Shown piece after piece: positions 13,688-25,850 of a DNA stretch of 64,000 nucleotides. The notes below the pieces were generated by a model, which saw nothing but the letters and a program-made list of their open reading frames with translations, did no database searches and was not told where the DNA came from. How positions within the stretch are numbered: position 1 is the stretch's first letter; every line of letters starts with the position of its first letter. The DNA comes from Narcine bancroftii (Eukaryota). The DNA lies in contig NC_091469.1 in assembly GCF_036971445.1 (NCBI RefSeq), positions 349,990,001-350,054,000 of the forward strand, given 5' to 3'. The translations under genes and the position numbers were made by a program.

Positions 13688-14128
13688 TGTAAGCCTTTAT
13701 GGCAAGTATGTACTAACAACAGATATTTATAATGTGTTTGTGGAGGAAAAACCCTAAGCCATCACAGTCCAAGCCCAAAATGCCCCAAAAGAAAACTCCC
13801 AAACTTCAAGTCCATCAGTCAAAAAGGAAAAGCTCACAGAGTCTGGTCTCCAGGCTTAGGATTCTTAATTTACTTGCATGCTGGTCTTTTAGTTGGACGT
13901 GCAGACAGATGGCTGTGATCACTGTAGACTTATGGCTTTCCTGTATTTTGAATATGGCAATGACCACCTTTCGTTTCTTCACACGCGAATTTTCACCCAG
14001 TGACCTCCTGGTCACTACACGAGATTCACGCCTCCAAAACCCACCTTAGGATTAAAAAGTGACCTTCTGTCACATAAGTCTTCCCTTCTAAACACCGTGT
14101 CTTGGGTTGTCAAGTGACTCCTGTTACA
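13688..14128. mobile_element. Solo LTR (~441 bp)
   Basis: TGTAA...TTACA inverted termini; 4-bp TSD TGAA (13684-13687, 14129-14132). Confidence 0.65.
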
Positions 14129-14697
14129 TGAAGTCCTCCTTTTTGGAAGAGGACTTGGGAAGCCCAGGTTGGACATGCACACATGCACAGTACAACAGTG
14201 CTAGCACCGGTGGACAAAGTAGCTCAGTCTTCTTTCTCCCACTGAAACTATTGGATGAGCACACTGACAGGCAGTTACAAATGGCAGTGCGAGCACCCTT
14301 GAATGAAGCAACTCAGCCTCTTGTTTGCTGAAGTTGTTGGGTGAGCACACATATACAGAACGACCATCTGTCTGACTGCCCTCCAACCAACCGACTAGCC
14401 TGTTGAAAGCTCAGTGCACTGAGCTCTTCAACTGCCCCAGCTTGTGCCTTCAGCTCTCCCGATTGGTGGAGAGATGTTAACAACAGCTGGCACCCTACCA
14501 GCTTCCAGCACATGGCTATTGTGCTTCTGACAGCTGTCATTTCTCCCAGTGCTGTTTCAGCACTTCCCATATAGCTGCCAATTTTCCCAGTGCTACTTCA
14601 GGGCTTCACAGCAGCACACACCATAGCTTTTGTCCTGTCCTTGGTCCAAAAATTAAATTGGCCAGGGTCCATAACTATTTTAATATATACTGATATT

Positions 14698-15372
14698 ATG
14701 GATTCTCATGTAGATAGAGTGGTGAAGAAGGCTTTTGGTATGCTGGCCTTTATAAATCATAGCATAGAATATAGGAGCTGGGAGGTGTTGTTGAGACTGT
14801 TCAAGGCATTGGTGAGGCCAAGTTTGGAATATTGTGTGCAGTTCTGGTCTCCAAATTATAGGAAGGATATAAGGATATCAATAAGGTAGAGAGGATGCAA
14901 AGAAGATTTACTAAAATGTTTCCTGGATTACAGTATTTAGAATATGGAGATAGATTGAGTAGACTGGGTCTTTATTCATTGGAGCGGAAAAGGTTCAGGG
15001 GGGGATTTGATAGAGGTATGTAAAATTATGAGGGGAATAGATGTGAATAGGCTCTTCCCCTTGAGAGTAGGTGAGATTGGAAAAAGGGATCATAAGTTAA
15101 GGGTTAGGGGGAAAACTTAAGAAGTAACATAAGAGGAAGCTTCTTCACTCAGAGAGTGGTGGCTGAGTGGAATGACCTTCCTGAAGAGCTGGTTGCAGCA
15201 GGGTCAATGTTGTCATTCAAGAGGAGGTTGGATGAGTACATGGATGTGAGAAGGTTGGAGGCAGGGAGCAGGTAAGTAGAACTAGTGGAGTTTCACTTAA
15301 ATCAGTGCGGACTAGAAGGGCCGATATGGCCTGTTTCCATATTGTAATTGTTATATGATTATATGGTTATAT
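14698..15372 (+). mobile_element. CR1 LINE 3' portion
   Basis: HVDRVVKKAFGMLAFI...[15 protein letters not shown]; tail ttatatgattatatggttatat. Confidence 0.92.
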
Positions 15373-15965
15373 CTTCCTTCTCTTTATTATCAATTTTCCT
15401 GAAAATGGTCAACACCTCCCAAAAGGTAAAACTCCAGCATGATTTGAGACTTAAAATACAACGTGGCCTCAAATTCATTCCACTTCTTATCTCATTTAAT
15501 ATTCTCAGGTTGGAATGAATTTAAAGGCAGTGATTTTCTTTCAAAACCTTTGGTGCTGTTCATTGCATTCAGATTACACACTTAAAAAATGCCCATTTCC
15601 TGGTTTCCCCAGATGCTCTAATGGTTGTTGTGCTAGAGAACAGCAATTTTTTTTTTCTCCTTGATATTCAAAGAGGATCTTGCATTTCATTTCTCACATT
15701 TCTTCCCACCCTTCAATTCCTCCATCACAATATAATGAAGTTTCCACAAGCAAAAAAAAATTTTAAAAATATTGATGATTGACAATCATTGATGATTGAC
15801 AAGCTACTTCACTTTGACAAATTATTTAATTCAAGCTTTAACAGCTTTTACAGCTGCAACAAAACTTTTGTTTTTAAGGTGCAGAACAAGGCTGTTCAGC
15901 CCAATAGGTCTCTGCTATTCCCAGGGCAAATTTATTAATTCCATTCACCACTTAACTTTAATTTC

Positions 15966-16195
15966 TTTAGATATACAACATGGTAATAATCCCTTTCAAC
16001 CCAAGAGCCTGTGTTGCCCAATTACACCCAATTGACCTATAAACCAGGTACACTTTTGAAGGGTAGGAGGAAACTGGGACATCCAGAGGAAACTCACAAA
16101 GACATGGGGAGAACATACAAACTCTTTACAGACAGCATGGGATTCAAATCAGGTCATTGACGCTGTAACAGTATAATGCAAACCATGCCATCTGT
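15966..16195 (-). mobile_element. HE1-like V-SINE
   Basis: V-domain gaggaaactcacaaagacatggggagaacatacaaactc; tRNA B-box-like gggattcaaatc; CR1-like tail. Confidence 0.75.
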
Positions 16196-16217
16196 AAAAA
16201 CCGCAGATGTTTTATTA

Positions 16218-16440
16218 AATTTAGATATACAGCACAGTATCAGACCCTTTCAGCCAATGAGTGCAGGCTGCCCAATTACACCCAATTAACCTACAATCCC
16301 CTTACATTTTGAAGGGTTGGGAGGAAACCAGAGAGTTTGGAGGAAACACACACAGACACGTGGAGAACATAAAATCTTTTTACAGACAGCGGCAGATTTG
16401 AACCCAGTTTGTGCTAATTGCTACGCTAAACTTGCCACCC
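16218..16440 (-). mobile_element. HE1-like V-SINE, second tandem copy
   Basis: Same layout: tttagatatacagcac...ggaggaaacacacacagacacgtggagaacataaaatc. Confidence 0.75.
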
Positions 16441-18624
16441 TCATATGGCCATTAACTTCATCCAGATTCTCCTATCACTCACCTACCCTCAAACTAATTC
16501 CAGTGGATCATGAACATACCAAACAGCATCACACAAGAATCACCCAAAGTCAGAACTGAAGGTCAGGGTTCAATCCAGCAGTTCTATCTGCTGCATCTCT
16601 CTGCTGCCCTATATGATGACGTGGAAACACGATGCCTGTGATATAATTGCACTGAAACCCACTTCTGAAATTCAGATACATTTTAAACTTGTCGATGTTA
16701 TAGAATTTCAGAAGATTATGATGCATCTAAATTAGTACATTATAAGTTTAGCACAAGACCATAGAGGATAAATTTCCACCAGATATTGAATTTTAGCCAT
16801 AATTGTTTGATTTTTAGACGACCTCCCTCCCATGTTACTTTTTTTTTCCATTTCAGTTTGTAACTTCTTTAATTTAAATGATGATATTAAAATGACCATC
16901 AGCTAATGGCATGCAAGAACTTGCTAGAAGCAAAATCGAGTTCTGCATAAATTAAATTGGGTTGAGATTCCTGTGTTTCAAATATCCTGGTGCTCATATA
17001 CCCATGAGTCTTCTAAATCCATTTTGTCTTCATTGTTGTAAATTCAAAATTACATTCTGCAGAAAAAAAGTCACACCTGTGTTAGCGGTTTGAGTTTAAA
17101 TGGATCTTAGATGGGGTGGCTTTGAGGATTAGCCTGGAGCTTCATCGTTTACTTAACTTCATTGTTGTGACTATATTGGAAAGATTGCTTTTAATGTTAT
17201 CCTTCTTTGCTTGCTATATATTGTCAGCTGGATAGTTAGAGATAGAGTGAACCCAGTCAGTATTTTTAGAAATTTCATTAGGGATTTAACATCCCTCACC
17301 GGAGAAACCCATTGCATCGCGTTTGATGAAAAATAGGTCATACTTCTGTCTAAAACTCAGCAATATCCCATATTGTGTAAGGCACAGTGAAAAAAAATTC
17401 CTAAATCTAATCCATAGTTGTTGTAAGAAAGCGCAAAACTGAACTCATTTCAAGCCATGCAGCCATTGCACTTTGATGAAGAGATTGAGAATTTGATTTA
17501 GATTCCTTTTACATTTTCCCAATTTGGGACAACACACATATTTTTAAAAAAATCTTCATCATCTTCTTAATCTTTGCTAATAAAAGTAAACAAATGCATA
17601 AATAACTGTCTTCAATTACAATCTGATATATAATTTTAACAAGTGTTTTTAGATTAGAATACGCTATTTCTGTTTTATTAAACTGAAAGAAAGCTGTTTA
17701 ATTGTTTATCTTTATGAAAATAGAAATTATGTAAATATCACTCAATATTATAGTTCAATGCTAGGGTATTAATGTGCAGTAAATTATTATTTTAAACAGA
17801 TTGTTTAAATACTGTGCTTATTGAATTCATGTCTATGAATGAGATGATACAAAGCAAATTTACATGTGAGTTAGTTTGTCATTTACAAAATACATCTGCT
17901 ACTTTTAAGTGGATTTGGTTAATACGGGAAATTTATTGACACCTTGAGCCAATATTAAATGATAATGTCAATTTATCTCTTTGAAGTTAGTTCTAAGAAC
18001 ATGATGCAAATTTTAAATATTATTCCCATTTGATTGATTTTGATTTATTGAAATGCTCAAATCAGTTTTGTTAGGAACCAAACAAATATTTGCTAACATT
18101 TTGACGAATTCCATTTGATTATTCTGTGAGATGATACACAATTCTGTGAAATATTATTTATGATGACTAAATTTAAAACTTTCTTCATCTACTTTCCTTT
18201 CAAAGATCAAAAATGACCTTACCTCTTTGGTTTGTAGTTTCTAAGGTAGCTAATGTGGCCGATAAAGGACAGGAGATGTCCATTTGGTGGGGGGTGGATA
18301 GATAGTTTCTCAGGTCATAGATTTCCTTTCACCCCCTAATGCCTTTATTTTATACTGTTAATGTTGTTTTAAAAGTTCCTTTGGCATTTGGAATCATCAT
18401 GTGCTTAAGATAGCCTGGGGTCAGTAATACAGTTTTATTTTTTCAAGGTTTTTTTCAAGCACATCTTTGTCTTTTATTCTGCCCACCTGGTAGTCTCTTT
18501 TAATGACAGAGCTTGGAATAGTGTTTTTGTTTCAGATCTGGTATCAGATGTGGGTTCCAGCAAAGTGACAGATTTAAGCTGAGGATACTAGGTGGGCAGA
18601 GGCCACTGTCATTGACACACAACA

Positions 18625-19245
18625 TATCCTTAGCTGTCAGGAAGGCTCCAGAGCGACTGTGTTTCCTGAGAAGACTGAAGTGGGCAAGGCTACCAGCCAT
18701 CATAATGTCAAACTTCACTGGAATGTCCTGACCGGCTGCATCACAGTGTGGTACGGTTGCTGCAGAGAAATGGATTGGAGGTTAATCCACAGGATTGTAA
18801 GAGTGGCAGAGAGAATCACTGGATTCCAACACCCCCCCCCCACCACCCCCCACAATCGACATGATCTACTGGGATCGTTGTCTGAAGAGGGCATACAAAA
18901 TCATCGAGGATCCCTCCCCACCTGCACACAGCATTATTCAGCTGCTCCTGCTGGGTAAGAGATACGGGAGTATTAGAACCTGTACCACCAGGGTGAGGAA
19001 CACCCTCTTCCCTCGGGCAGTGAGAATGCTGAACAACCAAAGGAACTGCTCACAATAACCATCTGAGACTCCCTTATTCACAAAACAATGTTTATTTATT
19101 TGTATATATGAATTCTTGTCCTGCATATATATTTGGCTGTGTGTGTGATGTGTCTGGTTATATGCCTGCGTGTTTTGGACTGAGGACTGGAGAATGCTGT
19201 TTCATTGAGTTTTACTTGTGCGATCAGATGACAATAAACTTGACT
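18625..19245 (+). mobile_element. Rex1/Babar LINE 3' fragment
   Basis: LTGCITVWYG...AERITG; DRCLKRAYKIIEDP; tail GATGACAATAAACTTGACT. Confidence 0.85.
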
Positions 19246-19861
19246 ATAATCTTACCAGTGAATTTGGTGGATTTGATGAGTCGATGTTTTTTTTTTCAGT
19301 GCCTTGTTGTAGGAAGTCCAGGTCTCAGAAATATGTTGGAGGCCATGATCATTAATGTCCAGTTGAATATATGTTTTCTTCCATATCTGAGGTTTTGGAC
19401 TTCAAATTCCTCACTCCACCAAAGGCATTGAAGGTTATGGTGATTTTCAACATCAATATCTCATTTCACTGAGTTGTGGTTCTTAAATGATGTCAATTGG
19501 ACCATAATTTCGACAATCTTGCGATGAATAATTATTGCAGCAGGAGCAGGTCTTTAGAAGACCTTTGCCCTTTTACCTGCTTTAGTGATTTGCTTCAAGC
19601 ATGGGCTCCATGTGCGCACAGTAATTCTCATTGCAATGTTTCACCTCTCCAACAACCTTTGGGTTGGAGTAAAACCCATTTTTGAAACAAATAGGGGGAA
19701 AATTCAACCTTCAGTGATTAGACCCCAGAGCTAATGTCACCCAAACCTCTGTCTCCAGTTTGCAGGATGCAAACAATGCTTGCAATTAATTGGACATGCT
19801 TGGATGTTGACATCCAAGCCAAAGTTAAGGAAACTGGAAAAAAAATGAGGTGAAATTAGGT

Positions 19862-20596
19862 AGCCAGAAAGTATATAGCGATTGTGTGGAAGTACGACTC
19901 TCAACGTAGCATTGCATGATACAATACAGAAATGCAGAGTTGCATTCTATGAGCACTGCTGCACAAATAATTCTGACGCAAAGTCCACAGACTGTAAAAC
20001 AGGCTTTAATTACCTTATACTTGTACACACCTGGTCTCAGTATACTGCTGGCTCCACGTGTCTGACTGTCCCCAAAGGGACTGGCTTGAGTCCTTATACA
20101 GGCCGGTGATTGACAGCAGGCAGTAAGCTAGTAGGAATGCTGCCAGTATAGTGGTTGTATCATAAATTGAGAAAGAAATATGACACGTTCATTAAAGTAC
20201 GGCGGCCATATCTGAGGCACATAGTTGTGCAGATATGATCTATATCCACCCATTTCCCCAACCTTGAGTATTGAGATAAGAAATAAACTCTCCCACCAGG
20301 TAAATGAAGGAGAGAGTGAATTGGGGTTATGCCACAGACGATGTGTGTTTTCATTTTTATTTTTATTTTTATTATTTATCTTTTCCCCTTTATGGTTTAT
20401 TTAATACCTGGGGTTCTTGAACTTTGAGGAAGGTTGTGGATCCCAACTGTGCTATATTGTTTTTCTTATGTTATTGTGTGTATAAGTTGAGAGAAAAGGG
20501 GGGAGGGAAAAATATTGGACTCTGAAATTTATATTGCATAGCAAGATGATGTTTTGCATTCTTTGTTTGCACTTTAAAATAAAATATTCAAAAAAA
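19862..20596 (+). mobile_element. 5'-truncated L1 with long TSD
   Basis: ARKYIAIVWKYD...EMQSCI and RKKYDTFIKVRRPYL; AATAAA plus A-tail; flanks gaggtgaaattaggt / gaggtaaaattaggt. Confidence 0.75.
19957..20164 (-). mobile_element. Short LTR-like insertion inside the L1
   Basis: Interrupts the L1 reading frame; layout (gcacaaat..agactg..aggcttta) resembles the Gypsy LTR at 48945; no clean TSD. Confidence 0.4.
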
Positions 20597-21109
20597 GAGG
20601 TAAAATTAGGTCAACGTGAAGCAGTCTCTTTTATTATCTGAAAAGACAGTGGAAACAAATTCAATGGTAATCTTTCAAAAGAAATTGGAAAAATTCATGA
20701 AGGTGGAAAGATGTAGGGGAATATAGAAAGATCATCAACTGTGAAGCTAATTGGGTGGATCTTTCAAAGATCCAACAGAAGCCCAAGGGAAATATTGGTT
20801 ACCTTTCTGCTCTCTAACAGTGTTGGATTGTATGATAAGCTTCAGTCAAATAAATAAGGATGGACAGATTAATTGGTCAGTGTTTCAAATCACATTTTTA
20901 AATCCATTCTTTTTGAAAACTTCCATAATTTTGTTATAAATAAAACTGATAGAAATGCACCTGCTATGTTTACATTATCATTTTATCTCTTTGGTAACAC
21001 AGACTCTGACGTCACATTCCATCATGTTTGGCTTGATTCCTGAAATTCATTTTATCAAGTGAATATGAATCATTTGTGTATCTGATCATTTTATCTGTTA
21101 AGTATGGTA

Positions 21110-21520
21110 GTATGTTTGTCACTGAATCAGAAGGTTCTCAAGTCTCAAACCAGACAACTAAGCATAAAAATTATGGTTGACACTCCATTGCAATTCATAG
21201 AATTTGCTCTGCTGTACTGTCAAAGGTATTGTCTTTCAGATGAGACATTAAATCAATGCAGTGTCAACCTGCTCAGATAAATCTAAAAGAACTCATAATG
21301 CTACTGTGAAGCAGAGCAAAGCAATTCTCACCATTTACTGGGTTAATATTTATAACACAGATCAACATCACCAAAAAAAAAGACGTGGTTAATATCACAT
21401 GACTGTTTTAGCGAGTATGTTTCAATTTCCTTCAGTACAACTGAGGTCTCTTTAAAAAAAATGCTCTTTTGGTAATTGTGCTATAGTTGTGAAAGATGCT
21501 ATAGAAATGCAAATCATGCT
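21110..21520 (+). mobile_element. Ancient DeuSINE (SacSINE1/AmnSINE1-like)
   Basis: Deu-domain-like tgtctttcagatgagacattaaa...taaaagaactc...gaagcagagc; tail gtgaaagatgctatagaaatgc. Confidence 0.65.
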
Positions 21521-21828
21521 TCCATTTGGGGATGAATTGATCTACAGATGCTGTATCATTGTTTTCTGATAATAAATACACGAGATTATATCGAAGCCTT
21601 AGTCTTTAAACACAATCTTTTATTAAAATTGGTGCAGGACAATAATTGCATTCAAAATAACAGAGCCTGAAAATCATATTTAATTCTGATGCAGTTTTGT
21701 CTTGTTGGCACTGAATGTAAATCAGGGAGCTCGCATTAAATTGCATGCAGCAAACTTTGCCAGAGTGGCAGGGTGTGCATTGTATGGGGGAATGAAATGG
21801 TTCACAGAATATAGAAAAAGTAACTTAC

Positions 21829-21920
21829 CTATGAATAGATAATAGACAACACCCAACCAGTGAACAGAACTCAGTTTCAACTGGGAAGTGTTGCTTTATT
21901 ATGACAGAGTGGATATGAAG
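21829..21920 (-). other. Candidate 92-nt exon (unverified)
   Basis: Acceptor CTAAT-tttacctctttttttgctaAG and donor AG|GTAAGT; one open frame LHIHSVIIKQHFPVETEFCSLVGCCLLSIH that I do not recognise. Confidence 0.2.
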
Positions 21921-22448
21921 CTTAGCAAAAAAAGAGGTAAAATTAGGTTCCCTGTTGTGATAAAAATACATTCTTCTCAACACTCATCAATTTTGTCTCA
22001 TAATTATGACATCAAGAACTTGATGGCCATGAATTTGATGCTTTGCTACACTGTTTCTTCTGTGGGGAGAAAACAACATCAATGAATGCATGGCACCAAT
22101 TGCAGGAAACTTCTCACTTCTACAAACACAGGTGCCATGGGCATTTAGCTAACTTGCTGATCACAGTTCGATTCAACATAGAAGCTTCAATCAACTCAGC
22201 TCTGATCAATTTAAAAAAAAAAACAAATTAACATAGCAAAAGATGAACATCTTTTATGTTGTGAAATTTTCAACAATTCCATAGATTTTGATTGTAGATT
22301 TCATGAACCAAAAATCCTTATTTTTGCATGGACATCAAAAGTACTGCAATGTTTCTGATGTGCAAGAATGAGGTGAGTGGCAAATTCATCTTTGCTCACC
22401 AGTGCTAAATGTGTTCTTGAATGTTAGCTGCTGGTTACAATCTGCGTC

Positions 22449-22703
22449 AAAGAAGCCACCGTGTTGAGGCAAGTACAACTGATGGGGCAATTCTCATATA
22501 AAGAAGCCATTGTGTTGAGGCAAGTCCAACTGATGGGGCAATTCTCATATAAAGAAGCCACTGTGTTGGGGCAAGTCCAACTGATGGGGCAATTCTCATA
22601 TAAAGAAGCCACTCTGTTGAGGCAAGTACAACTGATAGGGCAATTCTCATATAAAGAAGCCACTGTGTTGAGGCAAGTCCAACTGATGGGGCAATTCTCA
22701 TAT
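22449..22703. repeat. Minisatellite, 5 x 51 bp
   Basis: Unit aaagaagccactgtgttgaggcaagtccaactgatggggcaattctcatat, head to tail, 0-3 substitutions per copy. Confidence 0.97.
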
Positions 22704-23234
22704 CTGTGATTCCAAGCGAAAGATCATATGTAAATTTCTTTCTCCATTCTCTTACCAACCCCTGTCAGGTTGAGAAAAATACCCTGCAGTGTTGATGGAG
22801 AATTTAATTATCAAGAATTTATAACAAATATTGACTTAGTAATCACCTTCAAACTGTTAAAAATTTTAACCCATGAGGCATGTAGAAGCCTGCTGTTAGA
22901 ACAGATACAAATCAATTTAACAGACAAAGGAGAAATTGAAATAATTAAAAGAGAACCAATTACATTAAAACTCTGGTATCCAGAATTCAAGCAACTGGCA
23001 AAAAAAAGTGAGAAAAAAAATTTAAAAATTAAAGTCAATGAGAATAAAATACAATACTCCTTATCTGAAATGCTTGGGGCCAGACATCTTTTGGTTTTTG
23101 GGTTATTTTATTAATTTTGGAACAATGGAACCAAGCAGAACTGTAGCATCAGCAGAATGCCTGTATCAGCGGTTAAACAGCAACAACAAACAAAGGCAGG
23201 CTTTTTGAGCACCTACATGATGCCACAAGTTGAA

Positions 23235-24485
23235 AATTTTCTTTCTTTTTCAATATTTTTATTAACATTAAAAGTTCATTAAAGGGTGAAAAACTACAGC
23301 ATGCTGTTGTGCAGAGGGACTTGGGAGCGCTTGTGCATGAATCGCAAAAAGTTAGGTTGCAGGTGCAGCAGGTTATTAAGAAGGCAAATGGAATGTTGGC
23401 CTTCATCGCTAGAGGAATTGAATTCAGAAGTAGGGAGGTAATGTTCCAACTGTATAAGGTACTCGTGAGACTGCACCTGGAGTATTATGTGCCCAGTTCT
23501 GGTCTCCATATTTGAGGAAGGATATACTGGCTTTGGAGACGGTCCAGAGGAGGTTTACTAGGTTGATCCCTGGGATGAAGAGGTTGACTTATGATGAAAG
23601 ATTAAATCATCTAGGATTGTATTCGCTCGAGTTCAGAAGAATGAGAGGAGATCTTATAGAAACATATAGGATTATGAAGGGTATGGATAGGATAGATGTA
23701 GGAAGGTTTTTTGAGCTGGCCGGGGAAACTAAAACGAGAGGACACAGTCTCAAGATTCGGGGGAGTAGATTTAGGACAGAGATGAGGAAAAATAGTTTTT
23801 CCCAGAGAGTAGTGAATGTTTGGAATTCTCTAACCAGGGAAGTGGTTGAGGCTGCCTCATAAAACATATTTAATATTTGGTTAGATAAATTTTTACATGA
23901 TAGAGGAATTAGGGGATATGGGGAGAAGGCAGGTAGGTGGAGTTAGGTGATAAATTAGATCAGCCATGATCATATTGAATGGCGGAGCAGGCTCGATGGG
24001 CCATTTTTGGCCTACTCCTGTTCCTACTTCCTATGTTCCTATGCTCCTATGTTCACAAACAAAAATAGAGTACATGTTAAAATTCAAAAGTAATATTACA
24101 CTTAAATTATATCATTACATCCAAGGTACTCACATTTTAAAGATTATATTATATTGATATTATTTTATTTTATTATATTTTAAATAAAAGTAAAATCTAA
24201 AAGCAAGTTGTTTGGCCAAAAAAAAAGACAGAATTCTTAACAGAATTCTTACCTCATGAGTCAACATTTCTACCTTCATAACAAATCAAAGATGATAAGA
24301 GTAATTCAAAAAGGGTCCCCACAGTGTTTGAAATTTTACATTCAAATCAGAAATTGAGCACCTAAACTCTTAAGTTTAAACATAACGTGACGTCACATAT
24401 CCATTGATTAGGTGTGGTAATGGCCCTCCATCTGACCAACACCACCTTCCTAGTCATAAGAGAAAGAAAAGATAATACATGAAGC
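23235..24485 (-). mobile_element. L1 3' fragment interrupted by a CR1
   Basis: Minus strand VLSFLSLMTRKVVLVRW...KFQTLWGPFLNY; T-rich tail at 23235-23265. Confidence 0.65.
23279..24050 (+). mobile_element. Young 5'-truncated CR1
   Basis: QRDLGALVHES...RRMRGDLIETY...TRGHSLK; (TTCCTATG)n tail; TSD GTTCA (23274-23278, 24051-24055). Confidence 0.95.
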
Positions 24486-24519
24486 TCAGATGTTGTTAAA
24501 GTTAAGTCTCTCTCTCTCC

Positions 24520-25450
24520 CTATCTGTCTCTGAGAGCGACGTCAGGACATCATTCAAGAGGGTGAGCCCTCGCAAGGCGTCAGACCCTGATGACGTACCT
24601 GGCAGCGTACTGAAAATCTGCACCAACCAATTAGCCGGAGTGTTCACGGACATTATCAACCTCTCATTGCTGCAGTCAGAGGTTCCCACCAGCTTCAAAA
24701 GGTCATCAATCATTCCAGTGCCCAAGGAGAGTAGCATGAGCTGCTTCATCTACTGCCTAGTAGCACTAACTTCTACTTTGATAACATGCTTCAAGAGGCT
24801 GGCCATGGCCAGAATAACACATACCTAAGCAAAGATCTTTGTCCCAATCACTCCATGGCAGATGCAATAATGCTGCCTCTCCACTCTGGATCACCTTGAA
24901 AACATCAATTCATACATACGGCTGCTCTTCATCAACTACACCTCGGCCTTCAATACCATTATTCCCTCAGTGCTGGTCAAGAAGCTACATACTCTAGGCT
25001 TTTGTATTCACACTCTGAAACTGAATCCTTGACTTTCTCATTGGAAGGCCACTGTCAGTACGAATTGGAACAACATCGTTTCCTCACTGATCATCAACAC
25101 AGGTGCACCCCAAGGATGTGTGCTTAGCCCATTGCTCTATTTGTTATACATCTACGGCTGTGTGGCCAGGCAAAATTCCAATGCCATCTACAAATTTGCC
25201 GATGACACCACAGTTGTCGGCAAAATCACAAACTGCATTGAGGAAACGTAAGATAATCAGCTTGTTGAATGGTGTAATGACAACAATCTTGTGCTCAGCA
25301 TCAGCAAAACTAAGAAGATGATTGTTTGAAGTCAGGGGAACACAACTCAGTGTTCATCGAGAGCTCAGTAGTGGAGAGGGTTAAGGACTTCAAATTCCTG
25401 GGTGTCAACATCTCCCAGGATCTGTACTAGAGGCTCCACATTGATGTGGA
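24520..25450 (+). mobile_element. Rex1/Babar RT fragment
   Basis: KASDPDDVPGSVLKICTNQLAGVFTDI; PQGCVLSP; KFADDT. Confidence 0.9.
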
Positions 25451-25850
25451 AGGCACTACCCTCGATGTTGAGAATGGAGTCGTTGTCGCCGACTCCATCA
25501 GCAGCCAATGCTGAAGACTTGGACCCAGCTCCATTTGGCATCTTCCCACTTAGAAGCAAAGATTTTGGGTTTTTTTCTGTTATTGTAATCAAATTGGCAC
25601 CGACAGAGCCTCACATGGGCAAGTCAGGTGTTGAATTATTTTCCACTTATGACATCAAACTTAAAACATTCAGCTTTTAGATCTTTTCAGTTTTCAGATC
25701 TTTGGATAAGGGGCACTTGACATGTAATAGGTAAAAATACATAAGTTTAAAATTGTAAAAGTAAATGTTCCCTGAAGTAACACATAAACCTTTGGTGAAG
25801 ATGGAAGTAAATATTCAGCCAGTGGAGTGGCTTTACAGTAGCTGTTTAAA

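Larger units (their letters stand above)
23050..25724. mobile_element. Tigger/pogo-like MITE ends split by nested LINEs
   Basis: Left ccttatctgaaatgcttggggccaga and right ggataaggggcacttgacatg-TA resemble Tigger4/MER46-type termini. Confidence 0.5.

Noticed and set aside
13815-14015. Gypsy gag-like N-terminus
   Set aside because: Lies inside a TSD-bounded solo LTR and the resemblance is too weak
15966-16440. tRNA genes
   Set aside because: The B-box-like motifs are decayed SINE heads with no cloverleaf
22449-22703. CRISPR array
   Set aside because: Units are contiguous with no unique spacers, there are no cas genes, and the context is vertebrate
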